DNA of 47,708 nucleotides from Odoribacteraceae bacterium (GTDB lineage Bacteria; Bacteroidota; Bacteroidia; Bacteroidales; Marinifilaceae): NCBI GenBank assembly GCA_031266545.1, contig JAISAV010000078.1, positions 1 to 47,708 of the forward strand, read 5' to 3'. Shown piece by piece: positions 41,116 to 47,708 of this stretch (position 1 is its first letter; each line of letters starts with the position of its first letter). The notes under the pieces were generated by a model. It saw only the letters and a program-made list of their open reading frames with translations, ran no database searches and was not told where the DNA came from. The position numbers and the translations under genes were made by a program.

Positions 41116-41147
41116 GCCTTTCTCGAGCGACCGGGAAAGGCTTTTTT
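41116..41147 (+). terminator. Attenuator terminator 2
   Basis: GCCTTTCTCG-AGCGAC-CGGGAAAGGC (one G.U) followed by TTTTTT. Ends 9 nt before ilvD. Confidence 0.85.
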
Positions 41148-41156
41148 AATGAACAA

Positions 41157-42986
41157 ATGAAAGCGAACATGAAACACACGTTAAGAAGCGCCGAGACCAC
41201 CGAGGGACGACGAGCGGCCGGCGCCCGCGCCCTGTGGAGGGCCAACGGGATGAAAGAAAATCACGCAGGGCGGCCGGTGATCGGCATCGCCAACTCGTTC
41301 ACGCAACTCGTGCCGGGGCACGCCCACCTGCACGACGCCGGCCAGCGCGCGCGGCGGGTCATCGAACAACTCGGGTGCTTCGCCGCCGAGTTCAACACCA
41401 TCGCCATCGACGACGGCATCGCGATGGGCCACGGGGGGATGCTCTACTCCCTGCCCTCGCGCGAGCTGATCGCCGACAGCATCGAGTACGTGGCCAACGC
41501 GCACCGCGTGGACGCCCTCCTCTGCATCAGCAACTGCGACAAGGTGACCCCCGGCATGTTGATGGCCGCCGCGCGGCTGAACATCCCGGCCGTCTTCGTG
41601 TCGGGGGGGCCGATGGAGGCCGGGACGTTCCGCGGGGAGAAGGTCGATCTCGTCGACGTGATGGTCAAGGGCGCCGACGACCGTTTTGACGATGCGGCGC
41701 TCGAGGAGCTGGAGCGGGCGGCCTGCCCCGGGTGCGGCTCGTGCTCCGGGATGTTCACGGCCAACTCCATGAATTGCCTGAACGAGGCGCTCGGCCTGGC
41801 CCTCCCCGGCAACGGGACGCTGGTCGCCACGCACGCCGGCCGCCTCTCCCTCCTCGAGCGGGCCGCCGCCCTCGTCGTCCGCGCCGCGCTGGCCTATTAC
41901 GAGGGGGGCGACGACTCCGTCCTCCCGCGGTCGATCGCCACGCGGGAGGCGTTCGAGAACGCCATGACGCTGGACGTCGCGATGGGCGGCTCCACGAACA
42001 CGGTGCTCCACCTGCTGGCCATCGCCCGCGAGGCCGGCGTTGACTTCACGATGGGCGACGTCGACCGCCTGTCGCGCCGCGTGCCGGTCTTGTGCAAGGT
42101 GGCCCCCAGTTCCGCCTATCACGTGGAGGACGTGCACCGCGCCGGCGGGGTCATGGCGATTCTCGGCGAGCTGCACCGGGCGGGGTTGCTGCACCCCGGT
42201 GCGCGCCGCGTGGACGGGATGACGCTGGGCGAGTGCATCGTGCGGCACGACATCGCGGGCGACGGCCCCGCCCCGGAGACGCGCCGCTTTTACCTCGCCG
42301 CCCCCGCCGGTGTCCCCGGGGGCACGCTGGGCGGGCAGGCGAGCTACTACCCCGCCCCGGACGTCGATCGCCGGCAGGGGTGCATCCGCTCGGTGGCCCA
42401 CGCTTACTCGCGGGACGGGGGGCTGGCCGTGCTTTCCGGCAACCTGTCCCCGCGCGGCTGCCTCGTGAAGACGGCCGGCGTGCGCGAGGGGTCGCTCCGC
42501 TTCCGGGGGAGCGCCCGCGTGTACGAGTCGCAGGAGGAGGCCGCCCGCGGGATCCTCGACGGGGAGGTGCGCGCCGGCGAGGTCGTCATCATCCGTTACG
42601 AGGGGCCGCGGGGCGGGCCGGGGATGCAGGAGATGCTTTACCCCACCTCCTACCTCAAGGCCAGGGGGCTGGACGGCTCGTGCGCCCTCGTCACCGACGG
42701 CCGCTTCTCCGGCGGCACCTCCGGGCTGTCCGTCGGCCACGTCTCCCCGGAGGCGGCGGCGGGCGGCCCCATCGCGCTCGCCCGCGACGGGGATCTCGTC
42801 GAGATCGACATCCCCGCCCGCTCGATCCGCCTGCTGGTGGACGACGGGGAACTCGACCGGCGGCGGGCGGCGATCGATCGTTTCCTCCCCGCGGGGCGGC
42901 GGCGCGACGTGCCCGCCTCCCTCCGGGCTTACGCCCGCCTCGTCAGTTCGGCCGACCAGGGCGCCGTCAGGATCATCACGGAATAA
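41157..42986 (+). CDS. ilvD: Dihydroxy-acid dehydratase
   Basis: [22 protein letters not shown].., [46 protein letters not shown] and [16 protein letters not shown] closely match E. coli IlvD from memory. The start may be ATG 41169 instead. Confidence 0.96.
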   Translation: MKANMKHTLRSAETTEGRRAAGARALWRANGMKENHAGRPVIGIANSFTQLVPGHAHLHDAGQRARRVIEQLGCFAAEFNTIAIDDGIAMGHGGMLYSLPSRELIADSIEYVANAHRVDALLCISNCDKVTPGMLMAAARLNIPAVFVSGGPMEAGTFRGEKVDLVDVMVKGADDRFDDAALEELERAACPGCGSCSGMFTANSMNCLNEALGLALPGNGTLVATHAGRLSLLERAAALVVRAALAYYEGGDDSVLPRSIATREAFENAMTLDVAMGGSTNTVLHLLAIAREAGVDFTMGDVDRLSRRVPVLCKVAPSSAYHVEDVHRAGGVMAILGELHRAGLLHPGARRVDGMTLGECIVRHDIAGDGPAPETRRFYLAAPAGVPGGTLGGQASYYPAPDVDRRQGCIRSVAHAYSRDGGLAVLSGNLSPRGCLVKTAGVREGSLRFRGSARVYESQEEAARGILDGEVRAGEVVIIRYEGPRGGPGMQEMLYPTSYLKARGLDGSCALVTDGRFSGGTSGLSVGHVSPEAAAGGPIALARDGDLVEIDIPARSIRLLVDDGELDRRRAAIDRFLPAGRRRDVPASLRAYARLVSSADQGAVRIITE

Positions 42987-43004
42987 CGAAATACCACGCG
43001 AAAC

Positions 43005-44708
43005 ATGGACAAAACGATTGAAAACGGCAGCGTGACGAGCGGCTCGCGCGCGCTGGTCGAGACGCTCCTGCGCGAGGGCGTGGAGGTCATCTTCGGATAC
43101 CCCGGCGGGGCCATCATCCCCGTTTACGACGCGCTGTATGACTACCGCGAGCGCGTGCGCCACGTGCTGGCCCGCCACGAGCAGGGGGCCGTGCACGCCG
43201 CGCAGGGCTACGCCCGCGTCTCCTCGAGGGTGGGCGTGTGCATGGTCACCTCCGGCCCCGGGGCCACGAACACCGTCACCGGCCTCGCCGACGCGATGGC
43301 CGACTCCACGCCCCTCGTCCTGATCACGGGGCAGGTCGGCTCCGCGCAGCTCGGCACGAACGCCTTCCAGGAGGTCGACATCCTCGCCATCACGCGGCCG
43401 GTGACGAAGTGGGGCTACCAGGTGAGGCGCGCCGCCGAGATCCCGCGGGTGCTCTCCCGGGCCTTTCACGTCGCCCGCGGCGGGCGCCCCGGCCCCGTGG
43501 TGGTCGACATCACGAGGGACGCGCAACAGGAGATGGCCCCCTTCCGCCCCGAGCCGGCGCCGGACGCGCCGGGAGACGCCCCTGCCCCCGACCCGCGGCA
43601 AGTCCGGGCGGCCGTCGAGCTGATCCGCGCCGCGCGCCGCCCGATGGTGCTCTTCGGGCAAGGGGTGACGCTCGGCGGGGCGGAGCGCGAGCTGGCCGCC
43701 TTCGTCGAGAAGAGCGGCATCCCCGCGGCGGCGACGTTGCTGGGCCTCTCGGCGCTCCCCTCCTCGCACCCGCTGTACGTGGGGATGCTCGGGATGCACG
43801 GCAATTACGCCCCCAACATCAAGAACAGGGAGTGCGACCTGCTCGTGGCCGTCGGGATGCGCTTCGACGACCGGGTGACGGGCGACCCGCTCAAGTTCGG
43901 CGCCAACGCCCGGGTCATCCACCTCGAGATCGACCCCGCGGAGATCGACAAGATCATCCGCGCGGACGTGCCGCTGGTGGGCGACGTGAAGGTGACGCTA
44001 CCGCTGCTGACGGCGGCGATCGAGCCTGCCGACCGCTCGGCGTGGGCGCGGGAGTTCCGCGCCAGCGCCCGCGTCGAGCAGCGGGAGACGATCCGCCCGG
44101 CCATCCACCCCCTCGGCCCGGCGTTGTGCATGGGAGAGGTGGCGCGCGCCGTCAGCCGCGCCTACCGCGACGACGCGATCCTCGTCACGGACGTCGGGCA
44201 GCAGCAGGTGTTCGCCTGCCGCTACTTCCGTTACAAGCGCCCGCGCAGCGTCGTCACCTCCGGCGGGCTGGGGACGATGGGTTTCGGCCTGCCGGCGGCC
44301 ATCGGCGCCAAGCTCGGCGCCCCGGGACGGGAGGTCTGCCTCTTCGTCGGGGACGGGGGGCTGCAGATGACGATCCAGGAGCTGGCCACCGTCGCGCAGT
44401 TGAAGCTCCCCGTGAAGATCGTCCTGATGAACAACGGCTACCTCGGCATGGTGCGCCAGTGGCAGGAGATGTTCTACCGCAAGCGCTACGCCTTCACCGA
44501 GATCGCGAACCCCGATTTCGCCTGCATCGCCCGCGCCCACGGCATCGCCTACCGCCGGGTGGAACGCCGCGAGGAGCTGCCCGCCGCCATCCGCGAGATG
44601 AAGCGGCGCCCGGGCGCCTTCCTGCTGGAGGCGCGGGTGATGCAGGAGGAGAACGTCTTCCCGATGATACCCGCCGGGGCGGCCGTCGAGGATATATTAT
44701 TAAAGTGA
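43005..44708 (+). CDS. ilvB: Acetolactate synthase (acetohydroxy-acid synthase), large catalytic subunit
   Basis: GSRALVETLLREGVEVIFGYPGGAIIPVYDAL, HEQGAVHAAQGYARVS, TSGPGATNTVTGLADAMADSTPLVLITGQV, ThDP motif GGLGTMGFGLPAAIGA..VGDGGLQM..NNGYLGMVRQWQ. Confidence 0.95.
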   Translation: MDKTIENGSVTSGSRALVETLLREGVEVIFGYPGGAIIPVYDALYDYRERVRHVLARHEQGAVHAAQGYARVSSRVGVCMVTSGPGATNTVTGLADAMADSTPLVLITGQVGSAQLGTNAFQEVDILAITRPVTKWGYQVRRAAEIPRVLSRAFHVARGGRPGPVVVDITRDAQQEMAPFRPEPAPDAPGDAPAPDPRQVRAAVELIRAARRPMVLFGQGVTLGGAERELAAFVEKSGIPAAATLLGLSALPSSHPLYVGMLGMHGNYAPNIKNRECDLLVAVGMRFDDRVTGDPLKFGANARVIHLEIDPAEIDKIIRADVPLVGDVKVTLPLLTAAIEPADRSAWAREFRASARVEQRETIRPAIHPLGPALCMGEVARAVSRAYRDDAILVTDVGQQQVFACRYFRYKRPRSVVTSGGLGTMGFGLPAAIGAKLGAPGREVCLFVGDGGLQMTIQELATVAQLKLPVKIVLMNNGYLGMVRQWQEMFYRKRYAFTEIANPDFACIARAHGIAYRRVERREELPAAIREMKRRPGAFLLEARVMQEENVFPMIPAGAAVEDILLK

Positions 44709-44786
44709 AACATAAAACGACCCCCGCCGCCGCGGGAACGCGGGCGGGCGGGATTAACACGAGTATTTACCTTAAATTAAATGATC

Positions 44787-45845
44787 ATGGCAACCATGAA
44801 ATTCGGAAAAACGGAAGAAAACGTCGTCACGCGCCAGGAGTTCCCGCTCGCGCTGGCGCTGGAAACGCTGCGGGAAGAAACCATCGCCGTGCTCGGCTAC
44901 GGCGTGCAAGGCCCCGGGCAGTCGCTTAACCTGCGGGATAACGGCTTTCGCGTCATCGTCGGGCAGCGGCCGGGCGGCGCGAGCTGGGCGAGGGCCGTCG
45001 CCGACGGCTGGAGGCCCGGCGAGACGCTCTTCGACATCGAGGAGGCCGCCCGGCGCGGCACGATCGTCCAGTACCTCCTCTCGGACGCCGGGCAGATCGA
45101 GGCGTGGCCCGTCGTCGCGCGGCACCTCGCGCCCGGCAAGGCCCTCTACTTCTCCCACGGCTTCGGCATCACGTACGAGGGGCAGACGGGCATCGTCCCG
45201 CCCCCCGGCGTGGACGTGATCCTCGTGGCCCCCAAGGGATCGGGCACCTCCCTGCGCCGCATGTTCCTCGAGGGGCGCGGCCTCAACGCCAGCTACGCCG
45301 TCCACCGCGACGCCACCGGGCGGGCGCGGGAGCGGGCGCTGGCGCTGGGCGTGGGCGTCGGTTCCGGCTACCTCTTCGAGACGACGTTCAGGAAGGAGGT
45401 CTACTCCGACCTCACCGGCGAGCGCGGCACGCTCATGGGGGCCGTGCAGGGGATCTTCGCCGCGCAGTACGAGGTGTTGCGCGCCCACGGGCACTCCCCC
45501 TCCGAGGCGTTCAACGAGACGGTCGAGGAGTTGACCCAGAGCCTCATGCCGCTCGTCGCCGAGAACGGCATGGACTGGATGTACGCCAACTGCTCGACCA
45601 CCGCCCAGCGCGGGGCGCTGGACTGGTGGGGGCGCTTCCGCGACGCCACGCGGCCCGTCTTCGAGGAGATCTACCGCGACGTGGTGGCCGGCAAGGAGTC
45701 GCGCCGCGCCATCGACGCCAACGGGCAGCCGGGCTACCGGGAGCGGCTCGCCGACGAGCTACGCGCGTTGCGCGAGTCCGAGCTGTGGGAGGTGGGGAGC
45801 GTCGTGCGCGCGTTGCGCCCGGGACCTAAACGCGAGCGGCCGTGA
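44787..45845 (+). CDS. ilvC: Ketol-acid reductoisomerase (class I)
   Basis: ORF 44781..45845. I prefer ATG 44787 (MATMKFGKTEENVV..), by analogy with Bacteroides IlvC N-termini as I remember them. IAVLGYGVQGPGQSLNLRDNGFRVIVGQR is the Rossmann motif. Also SHGFGI, LVAPKGSG, DLTGERG. Confidence 0.93.
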   Translation: MATMKFGKTEENVVTRQEFPLALALETLREETIAVLGYGVQGPGQSLNLRDNGFRVIVGQRPGGASWARAVADGWRPGETLFDIEEAARRGTIVQYLLSDAGQIEAWPVVARHLAPGKALYFSHGFGITYEGQTGIVPPPGVDVILVAPKGSGTSLRRMFLEGRGLNASYAVHRDATGRARERALALGVGVGSGYLFETTFRKEVYSDLTGERGTLMGAVQGIFAAQYEVLRAHGHSPSEAFNETVEELTQSLMPLVAENGMDWMYANCSTTAQRGALDWWGRFRDATRPVFEEIYRDVVAGKESRRAIDANGQPGYRERLADELRALRESELWEVGSVVRALRPGPKRERP

Positions 45846-47101
45846 GCGCCGCTTATTTCCCTGCGCTCGAGGCGATCGCCGCGGCCGGGCGGCGGATCGA
45901 GGAGGTGACCGGGCCGACGCCGCTGCTGGCCAGCCGCCGCCTGTCGGACAGGTACGGCGCCGACGTCCTGCTCAAGCGGGAGGACTTGCAGGTGGTGCGC
46001 TCCTACAAGATCCGCGGCGCCTACAACAAGATCCGCTCCCTCCCCCCCGGCGCGGCGCGCGGCGGTGTCATCTGCGCCAGCGCGGGCAACCACGCGCAGG
46101 GCGTCGCCCTCTCGTGCGACAGGCTCGGGATCCGGGGCACCATCTTCATGCCCGTCACGACGCCCGGGCAGAAGATCGGGCAGGTGAAGATGTTCGGGGG
46201 AGAGCACGTGGAGGTCATCCTCGCCGGCGACACCTTCGACCAGGCCAACGCCGCCGCCCTCCGCGCCGCCCGCGAGGGGGGGAAGACCTTTATCCCCCCC
46301 TTCGATGACCCCGCGGTGATCGAGGGACAGGGCACCGTCGCCGCGGAGATCCACCGGCAGGCCGCCGCCCCGCTCGACTACCTCTTCGTGCCCGTCGGCG
46401 GCGGGGGGCTGGCGGCGGGCGCGGGCGCCTTCTACAAGCAGGCCAGCCCCGCCACGCGCGTCATCGGGGTCGAGCCGGCGGGGGCGGCCGGCATGAAGCG
46501 ATCCCTCGAGGAGGGACGGGTCACGGCGCTCGACGCCATCGACAAGTTCGTCGACGGGGCAGCCGTGCAGCGAGTGGGGGAGCTGACGTTCGACGTCTGC
46601 GCGCGGGTGCTCGACGACGTGGTCGTCGTGCCGGAGGGGAAGGTGTGCACCACGATCCTCGAGCTGTACAACTACGACGCGATCGTCGTCGAGCCGGCGG
46701 GAGCGCTCGCCATCAGCGCCCTCGACCTCTACCGGGAACAGGTGGCCGGCAAGCGCGTCGCCTGCGTCGTCAGCGGGGGTAACAACGATATCACGCGCAT
46801 GGAGGAGATCAAGGAACGCTCCCTGCTCCACGAGGGGCTGAAGCATTATTTCATGATCGACTTCCCGCAACGCGCCGGGGCGCTCCACGATTTCGTGAGT
46901 CGCGTCCTGGGGCCGAGCGACGACATCACCTACTTCGAGTACAAGAAAAAGACGCACCGCGAGAAAGGCCCCGCGCTCGTCGGCATCGAGGTGCAACACC
47001 CCGGCGACGTCGACGCCATCCGCGCGCGACTGGCAGGGCACGGGATCTCGCACCAGTACTTGAATGATAACCCCGCGCTCTTCGAATTCCTGGTTATTTA
47101 A
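45842..47101 (+). CDS. ilvA: Threonine ammonia-lyase (biosynthetic threonine dehydratase, single ACT-like C-domain)
   Basis: GTG start overlapping the ilvC stop (GTGA, 45842-45845). PLP-lysine region LKREDLQVVRSYKIRGAYN. SAGNHAQGVALS. GGGGL loop. About 80-aa regulatory tail. Confidence 0.92.
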   Translation: MSAAYFPALEAIAAAGRRIEEVTGPTPLLASRRLSDRYGADVLLKREDLQVVRSYKIRGAYNKIRSLPPGAARGGVICASAGNHAQGVALSCDRLGIRGTIFMPVTTPGQKIGQVKMFGGEHVEVILAGDTFDQANAAALRAAREGGKTFIPPFDDPAVIEGQGTVAAEIHRQAAAPLDYLFVPVGGGGLAAGAGAFYKQASPATRVIGVEPAGAAGMKRSLEEGRVTALDAIDKFVDGAAVQRVGELTFDVCARVLDDVVVVPEGKVCTTILELYNYDAIVVEPAGALAISALDLYREQVAGKRVACVVSGGNNDITRMEEIKERSLLHEGLKHYFMIDFPQRAGALHDFVSRVLGPSDDITYFEYKKKTHREKGPALVGIEVQHPGDVDAIRARLAGHGISHQYLNDNPALFEFLVI

Positions 47102-47125
47102 CGTGAGTTCGGGCTTACGTTTTTT
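47101..47125 (+). terminator. Intrinsic terminator of the ilv operon
   Basis: ACGTGAG-TTCGGG-CTTACGT (7 bp, one G.U) followed by TTTTT. Starts at the last base of the ilvA stop codon. Confidence 0.7.
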
Positions 47126-47146
47126 AATTATGAATTATGAATTATG
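47126..47146. repeat. Microsatellite (AATTATG)x3 followed by a G7 run
   Basis: Read directly. Confidence 0.9.
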
Positions 47147-47342
47147 GGGGGGCAATATCAATAGAAATCGAGTGGTTAGTGGTTAGTGCTGGGCGAGAAG
47201 GGCTGAAGGCCCGCCATAACCCAGCCCAACGCATCGCGTTGGGTAATGGATATATCATACCGCATCGCGCCCTGAAGGGGCAGCATATTGAAAACGAGTA
47301 TGTTGCACTTTCAGGGCTTGGTGAATCATATGATCCGGTTCG

Positions 47343-47655
47343 TGGGGCGTTGCCCAGTCGTGGTCGGAAGATTGTCTTCCCGTAAGCGCATAGCGCTTAC
47401 GATCTGCAAAAGCGCGTAGCGCTTTCGTGTTTATAGCCGTGGGTGCAAGCCCACGGAAAACGAGACATTCCCTATTCATGCGCCGCATAGCGGTGCCGTT
47501 CATCACGAGGTGTAGATCACCTGATTGCGGCACCGCTACGCGGCGCATGGAGGGGGGGCATCTCATTCCGTGGGCTGTCACCCACGGCTATAAACGCATA
47601 AGCGCTATGCGCTTACGGGGAAATAATCTTCCGACCATGACTGGCCCGCGCCCAA
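47343..47655. repeat. Long nested imperfect palindrome (arms about 125-155 nt), candidate REP/MITE-like dispersed element
   Basis: The left arm (47343-47498) aligns with the reverse complement of the right arm (47528-47655). The core is the 22-bp arm pair CATGCGCCGCATAGCGGTGCCG / CGGCACCGCTACGCGGCGCATG (one mismatch) around a 29-nt centre. Both arms share TGGTCGGAAGATT, CCGTAAGCGCATAGCGCTTA and TTTATAGCCGTGGGTG..AGCCCACGGA. The left arm carries a 28-nt insertion. Each arm also contains its own small hairpins. Confidence 0.85.
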
Positions 47656-47708
47656 GGCTATGTGCGATGATTGATAACGCATGAATGGATTGATATGCGA
47701 TCAGGCTG

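Noticed and set aside
47137-47684. ORFs 47137..47385(+), 47255..47581(-) and 47427..47684(+) as genes
   Set aside because: They run straight through hairpin and palindrome repeats and overlap one another on both strands. They have no motifs and are typical repeat-derived pseudo-ORFs.

Overview
This 47.7-kb window looks like a chromosomal segment from a high-GC Bacteroidota, probably Bacteroidales. The evidence is three SusC/SusD pairs, type-V-pilin-like lipoproteins, DUF3575, a Bacteroides-type ECF sigma factor and repeated TAnnTTTG -7 promoter boxes.

Gene order, left to right:
- partial IS3-family transposase (-)
- SusC/SusD pair 1 (+)
- a 21-bp tandem hairpin repeat that fills the convergent gap
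- GT2 glycosyltransferase and AsnB-like amidotransferase (-, translationally coupled)
- a 0.7-kb non-coding gap holding a promoter-to-terminator unit with no gene assigned
- dnaG (+)
- a five-gene envelope cluster (+): FimA/Mfa1-like pilin, FimB/Mfa2-like anchor, DUF3575 barrel, TPR/beta-propeller/OmpA protein, beta-propeller/Calx-beta protein
- lipoprotein plus FadL-like barrel (-), preceded by five phased decamer repeats
- tRNA-Leu(UAA) (-)
- a 17-kb co-directional array (-): putative glycoside hydrolase, three fasciclin-domain lipoproteins and two SusC/SusD pairs
- an ECF sigma factor with no anti-sigma gene (-)
- ilvD-ilvB-ilvC-ilvA (+, no ilvN), preceded by two tandem Ile/Leu/Val-rich leader peptides, each with its own terminator
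- a long nested imperfect palindrome at the right edge

The observations I rate highest are the duplicated leader-peptide attenuator, the 21-bp hairpin array, the pilin/DUF3575/OmpA/Calx-beta cluster, the phased decamer array and the fasciclin-rich double SusC/D locus.

All calls come from reading the sequence and recognising motifs. No searches or folding programs were run. GC statements come from hand counts of a few 60-nt lines. Family assignments need HMM or structure confirmation. The many long ORFs antisense to real genes are GC-rich shadow frames and are rejected.
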